Below, in pieces: positions 15,959 to 25,377 of a stretch of DNA of 39,826 nucleotides; the first letter of the stretch is position 1; each line of letters starts with the position of its first letter. The stretch lies in contig CAMOHY010000001.1 in the NCBI GenBank assembly GCA_946615495.1, positions 1-39,826 on the forward strand, in the 5' to 3' direction. The notes under the pieces are model-generated. The model was given only the letters and a program-made list of their open reading frames with translations. It made no database searches and was not told where the DNA came from. The DNA comes from an uncultured Clostridia bacterium (GTDB taxonomy: Bacteria > Bacillota > Clostridia > Christensenellales > Aristaeellaceae). A program made the translations under genes and the position numbers.

Positions 15959-17635
15959 TTAAACCGGGCGGCGCAGCACCACCGCTTCGTAGGGCTGCAA
16001 GGTCAGGCTTGGTTCATCCACCGCGCTTCTGTTCAGATTTGTAATCAGTATCTGCGTGCCTGAAAAGCCTTCCGGCAAAGTGTACGCCTGTTTTTTGTCC
16101 GAAAAGTTACAGATCACCAGTAATTTTTCTCCAGCCAATTCACGGATATATACGCACAGATTTGGATCATTCTTTTCCAGCAAGGCATACGAGCCATATA
16201 CGATTACAGGATAGGTTTTACGAAGCCGAATCAGCTTTTGATAATAATAAAAGATGGAATTCGGATCGGCCAGCGCCGCTTCCGCATTGATTTCCGTATA
16301 GTTGGGATTGACACGAATCCAGGGCGTGCCGGTAGTGAAGCCGGCGTTGGGGCGGGCGGACCACTGCATCGGCGTGCGCGCGTTGTCCCGGCTTTTGAAC
16401 AGCAGGAAGGGCCAGAATTGCGCATGGGTCAAAGGCCCGTTTTCCACCCAGGTGCGATACCCGTTCAGGCTGTCGATATCACGGAATTCGGAAAGCGATT
16501 CAAAGGGACAGTTGGTCATGCCCAACTCCTCGCCCTGATAAATATACGGCGTTCCCTGCATCATATGCAGCCAGGTTGCCAGCAGCTTCGCGCTGACCAC
16601 GCGGAACGCCGGTCTGTCGTCCCCAAACTGGGATACGGAACGGGGCTGATCGTGATTGCCCAGAAACAGGCTGTTCCATGCCTTGCCATTCAGCCCGGTT
16701 TGCCATTTGCTGAACACGGCGCGCAGAAACGGCATACTGATTTTGTTGGTACGCCACCCCGCGTATTTTCCCGGCACATCCACATGCTCAAACTGAAACA
16801 CCATGTTCAGCTCATGCGTATCCTCGCCGGCATAAAGCCGGGCCTGCTCCACCGTGACCCCGGAGGTTTCGCCCACGGTCATGATATCGTAATGGGAAAG
16901 CACCCGGCTGTTCATTTCGCGCAGGTACTCATGCACATGGGGGCCATGAATGCAGTAAGGCGTAAAATCGCCGTACTGCGCGCCATTTTCCGCCGGTCCG
17001 TCGGGTAATATGTCCGGCTTGGAAATCATGCTGATAACGTCCATCCTGAAGCCGTCGATCCCCTTGTCGCACCACCAGGTCATCATACGGTAGATTTCGT
17101 CCCGCAAGGCGGGGCTGCTCCAGTTCAGATCCGGCTGTTTCGGGGAAAACAGATGCAGGTAATACATGCCTGTGGCGCCGTCCCGCGTCCAGGTGGAGCC
17201 GCCGAACCAGGAGCCCCAGTTGTTGGGCGGCCCCCCATTTTTGCCATCCCGCCATATGTAATAATTTCGGTAAGGGCTGTTCACGCTTTTCCGGCTTTCT
17301 ACAAACCATTTGTGCTCATCGGAGGAATGGTTCACCACCAGATCCATCACAATCTTAAGACCCTTGCCGTGCGCTTGGGAAAGCAGCCGGTCAAAATCCT
17401 CCATGGTGCCAAATTCCGCCATGATTGCTTGATAATCGCTGATATCGTAGCCATTGTCCGCGTTGGGCGATTGATAAACCGGGGACAGCCAGATCACGTC
17501 CACCCCCAGCAATTTCAGATAATCCAGCTTGGAAATGATTCCATTCAAGTCGCCGATACCATCGCCGTTTGAATCCATAAAGCTGCGCGGATAAATCTGG
17601 TATACCACCGCTTCCTTCCACCAGGCCCTGTTCAT
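15959..17635 (-). CDS. GH13 alpha-glucosidase / oligo-1,6-glucosidase-type enzyme
   Basis: WWKEAVVYQIYPRSFMDSNGDGIGDL, DLVVNHSS, GIDGFRMDVI (nucleophile region), MTVGET and GNHDQPR. Confidence 0.92.
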   Translation of the reverse strand: MNRAWWKEAVVYQIYPRSFMDSNGDGIGDLNGIISKLDYLKLLGVDVIWLSPVYQSPNADNGYDISDYQAIMAEFGTMEDFDRLLSQAHGKGLKIVMDLVVNHSSDEHKWFVESRKSVNSPYRNYYIWRDGKNGGPPNNWGSWFGGSTWTRDGATGMYYLHLFSPKQPDLNWSSPALRDEIYRMMTWWCDKGIDGFRMDVISMISKPDILPDGPAENGAQYGDFTPYCIHGPHVHEYLREMNSRVLSHYDIMTVGETSGVTVEQARLYAGEDTHELNMVFQFEHVDVPGKYAGWRTNKISMPFLRAVFSKWQTGLNGKAWNSLFLGNHDQPRSVSQFGDDRPAFRVVSAKLLATWLHMMQGTPYIYQGEELGMTNCPFESLSEFRDIDSLNGYRTWVENGPLTHAQFWPFLLFKSRDNARTPMQWSARPNAGFTTGTPWIRVNPNYTEINAEAALADPNSIFYYYQKLIRLRKTYPVIVYGSYALLEKNDPNLCVYIRELAGEKLLVICNFSDKKQAYTLPEGFSGTQILITNLNRSAVDEPSLTLQPYEAVVLRRPV

Positions 17636-18564
17636 CCTGCGCTCCCCCCTGTCTTCCGTCCGTCAATCCAGGTTCTTCCGCTTTTTTCCAGGATTGGGAT
17701 TACCCGGCCCGCGGCGGCGCGATCCGTTACCAGCACGCCATGCGGCAGGATTTTGAGCACGGTGGCAGGCAGCTTTTCTGTCGGGGGCGTCAAAACCATC
17801 TTTTCCAGGATCTCCGCTTTATGCTCGCCGCTCACCTGCAGGATTACGCAGCGACTTTCAAACATATGGCGAACGCCCAGCGTTATGCCCCGGCTCAGGC
17901 GTATGCTACCGGAAAAATACTTTTGGCCCACCCGCGCTGTGGTTTCATCCAAATCCACCACGCAGGCGTACCGGTCAAAATCGCCGCCCGGCTCGTTCAA
18001 TCCCAGATGGCCATTCATGCCCAAGCCCAGCAGCATCAGATCGATGCCGCCGTGATTCTGGATCGCCTGATCCACCCGGCGGCAGGCTTCCTGAATATCC
18101 GGCAGATGAATATCAAAGCGGGTGATCTGGCTTTCCCGGATGCGAAGCGGGCCATAGAAATGCTTCATCATGAAAGCGTTGCAGTTTTCTGTCTCATCCT
18201 GTAAATCCAGCCATTCATCCAGCGCCACAAAATGCGCCTTTGAAAAATCTGCTTCTCCTTTTTCCGCCATTGCCCGCAGGATTTGATACGTTCGTATCGC
18301 CGTGTTTCCCGCCGCCAACGAAAAAAGGGCGTCGGGCCGCTGACGCGCTGTCTGAGCAATAAGCATGGCGCTCCTTTGGCTCATGGCTTCTTCGTCCCGT
18401 TCCAGGTATACCCTGTCCGGCAGTCCAATCGGCAGCGAAGCGCCTTTTTGCATAGCAATCTCCTCCATGCAATGGGCCAGGCAGTTGGTTTGCACATTAT
18501 GGGCAATACAGGCCGCGCAGTCGCCGTGGAGCTTACAGATCACATAGGGGCAGTTGCAGCGCAT
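17632..18564 (-). CDS. Glucosamine-6-phosphate deaminase/isomerase (NagB) family protein with a Cys-rich N-terminal extension
   Basis: Motifs ALDEWL and LLGLGMNGHLGLNEPG. The N-terminal 35 aa are MRCNCPYVICKLHGDCAACIAHNVQTNCLAHC. AAAGGAGG lies 7 nt upstream of the ATG at 18564. The stop overlaps the GH13 ATG (ATGA). Confidence 0.85.
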   Translation of the reverse strand: MRCNCPYVICKLHGDCAACIAHNVQTNCLAHCMEEIAMQKGASLPIGLPDRVYLERDEEAMSQRSAMLIAQTARQRPDALFSLAAGNTAIRTYQILRAMAEKGEADFSKAHFVALDEWLDLQDETENCNAFMMKHFYGPLRIRESQITRFDIHLPDIQEACRRVDQAIQNHGGIDLMLLGLGMNGHLGLNEPGGDFDRYACVVDLDETTARVGQKYFSGSIRLSRGITLGVRHMFESRCVILQVSGEHKAEILEKMVLTPPTEKLPATVLKILPHGVLVTDRAAAGRVIPILEKSGRTWIDGRKTGGSAG

Positions 18565-18578
18565 CCTTTATCCTCCTT

Positions 18579-19580
18579 TCAGACCATTCGGGTCAGGCCG
18601 AGCCCCGCGGCTTCCTGCTCTATGGTTTCCTTCGGGGCTTGGTCCAGCGCGTCCAGAGCGAGCAGGATGCCGCCCACCACCGGCTCCAATTTGCTTTGGC
18701 GGATTTCCGCCAAAGGCGCGCCTTGCCTCAATCGTTCCTGTACGCCGTGGCACAGCGCTGCCGCCCGGCATTTGAAGAGGCTGCCGGACAGAACAACTTC
18801 CGTTTTCTGCGCCGTCATATTCAGCTTTTTCAAACCGGCCACCGCGTAATCGGCCATGTCCGCGCCAAGCTGATATAATAGCTCATTTGCTGTGTCATCC
18901 CCTTTGAGCGCCGCCGCTTCCACAAACCTGGGCAATGCGCACACGGCATCGTGGTGCAGCCGCCCTTCCACCTTTTTCCGAAGCAGCTCCATAGGCGTTT
19001 TGCACTCCATGGCATTCAGCACAGGAAAGATCAGTCCGGTGGGCCTGCGCAGACCCGATTCCATATCGATCACCGCCTGAATGGCGCGCAGGCCCAAAGC
19101 GCTGCCGCCCTGGCAATCATCATGAACATAATAGCCAAAGACCCACTCCTGCCCCATCCCGTTTCTCACGGCACAGTTGAAGCCGGTACCGGCGCACAGC
19201 ACGGCTCCTGCGGCGGAAGCGGCGCCCGCACGCAGGGCGATCACGCAATCATTCACTACGCGAACCTGGGATGCTGTAAGCCCCAGCGCACCGGAAAGCG
19301 CTTTTTCAACGATTCTGTCGTCTCCCGGCCAATCCACCCCTGACATGCCCGCAACGGCCTGACAGATGGGCGGCAAATCTGCTTTTGCCTGGATGGCCAG
19401 ATCCTGCATGGCAAGCCGCAGGCCGTCCATGGCCTGATCCATGCCGGACGTGGACCAGCAGGCCCCCGGTCCTCTCCCCGCGGCCAGCAGGTGCCCCCGC
19501 GTATCGGCCAAAAGCACCTGGGTTTTGCTGGCTCCCTGGTCAATGGCCAGGATACCGCCCTGCCTAACGGGAGCCATCAT
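18579..19580 (-). CDS. BadF/BadG/BcrA/BcrD-type ATPase (N-acetylglucosamine-kinase-like sugar kinase)
   Basis: ASKHA phosphate-1 motif ILAIDQGASKT, and the central motif VLCAGTGFNC. The ATG overlaps the GH4 stop (ATGA). Confidence 0.8.
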   Translation of the reverse strand: MMAPVRQGGILAIDQGASKTQVLLADTRGHLLAAGRGPGACWSTSGMDQAMDGLRLAMQDLAIQAKADLPPICQAVAGMSGVDWPGDDRIVEKALSGALGLTASQVRVVNDCVIALRAGAASAAGAVLCAGTGFNCAVRNGMGQEWVFGYYVHDDCQGGSALGLRAIQAVIDMESGLRRPTGLIFPVLNAMECKTPMELLRKKVEGRLHHDAVCALPRFVEAAALKGDDTANELLYQLGADMADYAVAGLKKLNMTAQKTEVVLSGSLFKCRAAALCHGVQERLRQGAPLAEIRQSKLEPVVGGILLALDALDQAPKETIEQEAAGLGLTRMV

Positions 19581-20833
19581 AAATGGAACTGCGGCAGGAA
19601 TTCTTTGTTGGCCGCCAGCAGCTCCGGCACCATTTTTTCGATCAGCTCATAATCCCGCACCAGCGGATGGGCCAACAGCGCCAGCTTCATTTTTTCCACG
19701 CTGCCTTCCACAGCTGCTTCCACTGCCAGCTGCTCATAGTTCTTCACCTCGGCGATCAGGCCCCAGCACATGGGAGGCACATGCGCCACGTGCAGCGGGG
19801 CCATTCCACGGGCATTTACCAGGCAGGGGATTTCCACCACCGCGCTGTCCGGCAGGAAGGGCACCGCGCCGCGATTGGGCACATTGACCACCATTTCAGT
19901 ATCCTGATTGTTGTATACGGCGTTGACGAAATTCATGGCCACTTCGCTGTAACCGCCGCCGCCCCGTTTAGCCAGCGCCGCGGGCTTTTCATCGCAGGCG
20001 GGATCCGCGTAGGCAGCGTACACTTCCTTTTCCAGCAGCTGCACTTCCTCGCCCCGGGTCATTTTCGCGTCTTTCAGCCATTGCACTCTGCGCTTCGTGT
20101 GGTAATACCAGGCCAGATACGGGCTGGGCAGCACGCCCATGAGCTTTTGCAAATCCAGGTCGATGGCATCGTTCACCTTGGCCAGCGCTTCAAACTGCTC
20201 CTCGGTTAAAGGTTTTCCGTCGATGGTGATGTTGCTGATAAAATTCATGTGATTCAGGCCCACATAGTCGTATTGCACCTGCCTGTATTCCACGCCAAAG
20301 GCTTTTTTAGCCCACATTTTGGGGAAAATGCCGCCGGAGCAGAACCCGGCAATGTTGGCCTTCGTATAGCGGGTAACGGCTTCCGTAATCAACCCGGTGG
20401 GGTTGGTGTAATTGATTAGCCACCCATGGGGAGAAAGCTTTTCCATCCTTTCCGCCACGTGCAGCATGACGGGGATGGTGCGCATGGCCTTCATCATGCC
20501 GCCCGCCCCGGTGGTTTCCTGACCCACCAAGCCGTAGCGGATGGGGATTTTTTCATCCACCACGCGCTGCCGGTTGCCGCCCACGCGAATCTGGGTATCC
20601 ACAAAATCCGCGCCGTCCAACGCGTCGTCCAATATCAGGGTGGAGCGGATGGGCACAGCCAGCCCCTTCTTTTTCGCAAAGCGCCGGCAAAACCCCGTCA
20701 TGATTTCCAGCCGTTTTTCGTCGATATCATACAGCACCATTTCATCCACGGGCAATTGATCTTTGCGCACGGCTAATTCATCCAAAAGCTCCGGCGTATA
20801 GGAGCTGCCTGCACCAACAACCGTAAATTTCAT
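19577..20833 (-). CDS. GH4 NAD+/Mn2+-dependent 6-phospho-glycosidase (6-phospho-beta-glucosidase-like)
   Basis: MKFTVVGAGSSYTPELL Rossmann start, GQETTGAGG, INYTNPTG and VEIPCLV (the catalytic Cys context of GH4). Confidence 0.9.
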   Translation of the reverse strand: MKFTVVGAGSSYTPELLDELAVRKDQLPVDEMVLYDIDEKRLEIMTGFCRRFAKKKGLAVPIRSTLILDDALDGADFVDTQIRVGGNRQRVVDEKIPIRYGLVGQETTGAGGMMKAMRTIPVMLHVAERMEKLSPHGWLINYTNPTGLITEAVTRYTKANIAGFCSGGIFPKMWAKKAFGVEYRQVQYDYVGLNHMNFISNITIDGKPLTEEQFEALAKVNDAIDLDLQKLMGVLPSPYLAWYYHTKRRVQWLKDAKMTRGEEVQLLEKEVYAAYADPACDEKPAALAKRGGGGYSEVAMNFVNAVYNNQDTEMVVNVPNRGAVPFLPDSAVVEIPCLVNARGMAPLHVAHVPPMCWGLIAEVKNYEQLAVEAAVEGSVEKMKLALLAHPLVRDYELIEKMVPELLAANKEFLPQFHL

Positions 20834-20854
20834 ATTGTTTTCACTCCTTGCTTC

Positions 20855-22216
20855 TTACAAGCATTCACCGTTTGTTTCCATCACTTTCTTGTACCAAAAA
20901 GCGCTGTCTTTCACGGTGCGTTTCTGTGTCTGATAATCCACATAGGTCAGGCCAAAACGCTCCCGGTATCCATTCGACCATTCAAAATTATCAAAGAAGC
21001 TCCAGTAGAAATAACCTCTAATATCCACCTTTTCCTCCACGGCCCGCTTGAGGGAGAGCAGATAACGATGCAGATAGTCCTGACGATTGGGATCGTGCAC
21101 CTTTCCGTCCAGGCTCACCGCGTCATGGGCATCGAACCCGTTTTCCGTAATCATGATGGGCGTTTGATACCGTTCATACAGAAAACGGGGCCCCCAATAC
21201 AGACTGTCCGGCAGGAGGGGCCAGTCCAAGGCATTGCGCGGATGGCCCGCCGGGAACGGCACAGGTTCGGGCCGTCCGTTTTTCCCCGCCCGCCAAAGCT
21301 TCCCCTGATAAATGTTTTGGCCGTAAAAATCCAGAGGCTGGTGGATGATCTCCAAATCTTTTTCCCACCCACGGGGCAGATATTGTTCATATCCTTTCAG
21401 GCCGTCCTGGGGATAAACGCCCAGCATGACCGGATCGGAAAACCAGGCGATATTCCAGGCGGGGCCGATCACGCTGTCGGGCGCACACTCAAAATACGCC
21501 TGCCGCGCTGCTTCCACGTCCTGGGTCTGTTCAGTAAATGGCACCGCCGGATCGCCGCAAGGCGCATAGCCGACGCGCGCATCCGGAACCAGCTCCCGCA
21601 GCGTTTGCACGGCCCGGCCATGGGCCAGCATCAGATTGTGATCCATCCGCACGATATCATCCGCGCCGCAGCGCAGGCCCGGCGCATGCACGCCCAGGGA
21701 ATAGCCCGATCCGATAATACATTGGGGCTCATTGATGGTGATATAATCCTTGCAGCGGTCCCCCAGGCATTTCGCCACCACGCGCACATAACCGGCAAAC
21801 CATTCCGGCATATCGGGAGAAAGCCACCCGCCCCGCCGCTGCAGCGCGCTGGGCAGATCCCAATGATACAGGGTGCAGAAAGGCCGGATGCCGAAAGAAA
21901 GTAGGCAATCCACCAGCTCAGAATAGAAAGCGAGCCCTTTTTCACAAACAGCGCCAATGCCTTCCGGCATCATCCGGGGCCAACTGATGGAGAACCGGTA
22001 ATTGCGGATACCCATTTGGGCCATCAATTGAATATCATCCTGAAAACGATGATAATGGTCAATGGCCGTATCGCCGTTACTTTGATCTTTTACCGTACCA
22101 GGACGGCGAACAAATTCGTCCCAAATCGATGGGCCCTTACCGTCATCCCGCGCGCCGCCTTCAATCTGGTAAGAAGAAGTGGCTGTGCCCCACAGAAAGT
22201 CCTTTGGAAAACGCAT
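20855..22216 (-). CDS. GH1 beta-glucosidase
   Basis: FLWGTATSSYQIEG, TINEPQC (acid/base), ITENG (nucleophile) and NFEWSNGY. The last motif is of the non-phospho type rather than the 6-phospho type. Confidence 0.93.
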   Translation of the reverse strand: MRFPKDFLWGTATSSYQIEGGARDDGKGPSIWDEFVRRPGTVKDQSNGDTAIDHYHRFQDDIQLMAQMGIRNYRFSISWPRMMPEGIGAVCEKGLAFYSELVDCLLSFGIRPFCTLYHWDLPSALQRRGGWLSPDMPEWFAGYVRVVAKCLGDRCKDYITINEPQCIIGSGYSLGVHAPGLRCGADDIVRMDHNLMLAHGRAVQTLRELVPDARVGYAPCGDPAVPFTEQTQDVEAARQAYFECAPDSVIGPAWNIAWFSDPVMLGVYPQDGLKGYEQYLPRGWEKDLEIIHQPLDFYGQNIYQGKLWRAGKNGRPEPVPFPAGHPRNALDWPLLPDSLYWGPRFLYERYQTPIMITENGFDAHDAVSLDGKVHDPNRQDYLHRYLLSLKRAVEEKVDIRGYFYWSFFDNFEWSNGYRERFGLTYVDYQTQKRTVKDSAFWYKKVMETNGECL

Positions 22217-22249
22217 GCTTTTCCTCCCGTTTTTTATCTTCTAAAAATA

Positions 22250-23029
22250 TTACGGCACAAAGCCCTGCCACACCGTTTGCACCCGCGCAGGATCAGAAAC
22301 GAAAAGAAACCGGTCGGGGTCCTCCATAAACTGCCGGTAGATCGGCTTTCCTTCTTCCAAGCCAAGCCGTATATACCATTCCGGTTTTTTGATGATTAAA
22401 CGCTCTGCGCGGTAAGCAGGGTTTTTCTCCCAGCGAAGTCCTCCGCCTTCCTCTACCAGCGGAAACCAGGCAATACCGCCGTGCCGCCGCACGTCGCCGT
22501 ATTCAAACCCGTAATCACGATCGCACCAGGCCCCGAACGTGAGAGGCTGGGAAGGATCAGCGCTGATGGTCGCATGCGCCCAGCAGGGCGGCACCACCAC
22601 CACGTCTCCCGGCTCCGCTTCCACGGCGAAGCAGCGGCCCGGATTGTCCTGAGCGGTTTCCTGCATATAGATGACGGCTTTGCCCTGCCAAATTTCATAC
22701 ACCTCAGGCGTGGACCAGCCGCAATGGGCCGATACCTTGTGAATGTGGCCCTGGCTGCGGATGGGTTCCCGGCCCAGCTGCCCTGCAGCGTAAGTAACTA
22801 CGCCGAAGAGGAGCATCCGTTCCTGTAGGGCGGGCAGATCCTGCTTTCTGCCCACGTCCATCATAATGGCGTAAACGGGATCGGGGCCCTCGCAGTCCGG
22901 CTCCATAAGGCTCTGGCGCAGGGCGTCCAACCGTCTGTATTCCACGCCCCGGTCAAAGCAATCTTCTCCCAGGCGAAATCCAGCGCAGCCTGGAAGCGGC
23001 TCAATGTCGAAGCCAGGATCAAAATTCAC
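22250..23029 (-). CDS. Cupin-fold glucose-6-phosphate-isomerase-like protein (divergent)
   Basis: The cupin metal motifs SQGHIHKV...EVYEIWQGKAVIYM and VVVPPCWAHATIS parallel the cPGI at 24811-25368. GAGGAGGG lies 8 nt before the GTG at 23029. The ORF-track TTG at 23047 lies inside the RBS. Confidence 0.65.
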   Translation of the reverse strand: MNFDPGFDIEPLPGCAGFRLGEDCFDRGVEYRRLDALRQSLMEPDCEGPDPVYAIMMDVGRKQDLPALQERMLLFGVVTYAAGQLGREPIRSQGHIHKVSAHCGWSTPEVYEIWQGKAVIYMQETAQDNPGRCFAVEAEPGDVVVVPPCWAHATISADPSQPLTFGAWCDRDYGFEYGDVRRHGGIAWFPLVEEGGGLRWEKNPAYRAERLIIKKPEWYIRLGLEEGKPIYRQFMEDPDRFLFVSDPARVQTVWQGFVP

Positions 23030-23052
23030 CGAAAATTCCCTCCTCAATTGAT

Positions 23053-24804
23053 CTATGTTCTCACATACGCTTTGATGGTGGCGATGGTTTTTCCTTCGCT
23101 GGGCCCGTGAGGAGAAATGGTATACCGCTCCACGGCTGCGGGAATGATGAAGGTTTCCGCGTAGTGCACGATGAAAGGCGCAAAGCGGTTTTCCGGGCTT
23201 TCCACCACCGCTTCTTCCCCTTCCACCAGGTTGAGCACATTCACGCTGCCCCGCGTTTCATGGCTAACGGTTTTGCTGAACCAGTGGCGCCTGGTTTCGA
23301 TGAATTCCAGCTCGTGAAGCCCCGTTCTTTCCTCTCGAATTCCTGGTTCCTGCCGCACCAGCTCCACCCGGTTCACCAGGTTGTTCATCACCCATTCCGT
23401 GTCCCGGTCAAACTGGATGTTCTTTTTTCCGTGCTCCAGATGGATGGGCCGGGGCTTTCCATCCAGGCCCAGCCGGCCCCAGTCCCACAGCTTGAAGGTA
23501 AAAATATACGGCGTAGCGCTGATTTCCAGCACCATGCAGTTCTTCCCCGAACAGTGAATAGTGCCCGCGGGAATCAGAAAATGATCGTGTTTTTTGGCGG
23601 GAATCACATTGACGTACTTTTCCGCATCGAACACGCCGGTTTTCTGGCTCTCTGAAAGCGCCTGAACGAATTCGTCCCGGTCGATGCCGGTTTTGCAGCC
23701 CAGATACACATGGGTATCATCCGTTTCATCCGCGTCCAGGATATAGTAGCTTTCGTCCTGAGTGTAATTCATGCCGAAGGTATCCTGGATATAGCCGGTC
23801 AAAGGATGCACCTGCAAGCTCAGATTTCCGCCGCCCATGGTGTCCAGAAAATCAAAACGAATGGGAAATTCTTCCCCGAAACGGGCGTGTACCTTTTCAC
23901 CCAGCAATTCGCGAGGCTTTGTGAACACCAGATCAATAGCCGGTATTTCCAGCACGATTCCTTCCACTTCCAGCAGCAGGCTGTTTTCTTCTGGCACACC
24001 GTCAAAGCTCCAGGCATAATTGGGTTGGGTTCGGTCCAGGCCGCACACTTCCTTCATCCATTGCCCGCCCCAAACGCCGGGATCAAAATAGGGTTTTACC
24101 CGAAATGGGCGGGAGGCTGCTTCTCTCAAGCCAGCGAAAAACGCCTTGCCCGTCATCATTTTGGGGCATTTTTCCTCATTGGTGTCCAGCACATAATCCA
24201 TGGAAGAAAACAGCGCCCGTTTATGCCTGTCCAGCACACGCCAATCCACAAAGAAAGCGCGCTTGTATTTGCGAAGGGTATCCTCTGTGTAATTATCATT
24301 CAGCCAGTTGGCAAGCCTGCCCGACCGGAACCGCCGCTGGATTTCCCACCGCGCCATATCCGCGTAAATCAGCACATCTGGGCGGCACAACAGCGCCGCG
24401 CCTACGCCGAACACCAGGATCAGCCCCTGGGCAGCGCTGATTTGCGCGCGCATTTCCTCCAGCTTTTTTGAATCAAAGAATTGTTCCATTCGATGATGGG
24501 ACAGGATTCCGAACACTCTGTCGTTGGTCACGTGATCGGCAATCATTTGGTTCACGGTTTCTTGGTCCAGCGCCGCCTGGGAGGATAAAAAAACGTGATC
24601 CGGCTGCACTTGTTCGGTCAGGGCAGTCAGGACATCTTTTTCCCATACGCCGTGATAGCAGTCCACGCAAAGCACGGTTTTTGCCCGTCCGGACGCCGCG
24701 CGGCGCAATTCCGCGCCGATACTTTCCCAGCCCTGCCAGGCATGTATATCCGGTCCCGGTGGAACGGCCAGGGTAGGTTCTTTATCATAATTGCTGTGTT
24801 TCAT
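23053..24804 (-). CDS. Class I mannose-6-phosphate isomerase family protein, long (about 580 aa) form
   Basis: LSLQVHP zinc-ligand motif, HDHFLIPAGTIHCSG and LEISATPYIFTFKLWDWGR in the C-terminal half. The N-terminal roughly 230 aa are of unrecognised function. Confidence 0.8.
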   Translation of the reverse strand: MKHSNYDKEPTLAVPPGPDIHAWQGWESIGAELRRAASGRAKTVLCVDCYHGVWEKDVLTALTEQVQPDHVFLSSQAALDQETVNQMIADHVTNDRVFGILSHHRMEQFFDSKKLEEMRAQISAAQGLILVFGVGAALLCRPDVLIYADMARWEIQRRFRSGRLANWLNDNYTEDTLRKYKRAFFVDWRVLDRHKRALFSSMDYVLDTNEEKCPKMMTGKAFFAGLREAASRPFRVKPYFDPGVWGGQWMKEVCGLDRTQPNYAWSFDGVPEENSLLLEVEGIVLEIPAIDLVFTKPRELLGEKVHARFGEEFPIRFDFLDTMGGGNLSLQVHPLTGYIQDTFGMNYTQDESYYILDADETDDTHVYLGCKTGIDRDEFVQALSESQKTGVFDAEKYVNVIPAKKHDHFLIPAGTIHCSGKNCMVLEISATPYIFTFKLWDWGRLGLDGKPRPIHLEHGKKNIQFDRDTEWVMNNLVNRVELVRQEPGIREERTGLHELEFIETRRHWFSKTVSHETRGSVNVLNLVEGEEAVVESPENRFAPFIVHYAETFIIPAAVERYTISPHGPSEGKTIATIKAYVRT

Positions 24805-24810
24805 CCGATT

Positions 24811-25368
24811 TTATTCCTTCCCGCAGGGAACCAGCGTTGGCTTGCCTTCCACATTCATCAGCCTGGCGGTAAACCCGCTTTCCGAGATGGAGGCGTAATC
24901 GTGTCCCGCGTCCGACGGCCAGCAGGCGCCTACCCGCAGCGGCGTGTTTCCCGTATTGGCCAAACGGTGGGCCACATAACCCGGAATGTAGTGCAGCGTT
25001 CCGGGCGCCATGGGTTCATACCAGCATTTTCCCTTTTCATCCATCAGGATCAGCGCGCCCGTTCCCTCAATGCACCAATAATATTCGGCGCATTCCCTGC
25101 GTGCGTGGTAATGACCTTTTGTCATGAAGTATTCCCCCCCCACCTGGCCGGGCATCACATTGCTGGTGCCGAAAAACAGCCCGCCAGGCGTGCCCTGAGG
25201 CACCGCCTCATGGCTTTGCACTTCGTATACCACCGTGCCGGGGTCCATTGCCGCCCGGACAGCTTCGTGGAGAAACACGTTTTTTAAATCGCCTATGGTT
25301 CGGCGGGAATTCACAACGCCGCCGCCCGTCAGTTTTCCGGTTGCAATGTTCACCTTCGTATCAATCAT
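24811..25368 (-). CDS. Cupin-type glucose-6-phosphate isomerase (archaeal-type cPGI)
   Basis: GGEYFMTKGHYHARRECAEYYWCIEGTG, GTLHYIPGYVAHRLANTG and PSDAGHDYASI closely follow the Pyrococcus-type cPGI signature. Confidence 0.85.
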   Translation of the reverse strand: MIDTKVNIATGKLTGGGVVNSRRTIGDLKNVFLHEAVRAAMDPGTVVYEVQSHEAVPQGTPGGLFFGTSNVMPGQVGGEYFMTKGHYHARRECAEYYWCIEGTGALILMDEKGKCWYEPMAPGTLHYIPGYVAHRLANTGNTPLRVGACWPSDAGHDYASISESGFTARLMNVEGKPTLVPCGKE

Positions 25369-25377
25369 ATCTTTCTC

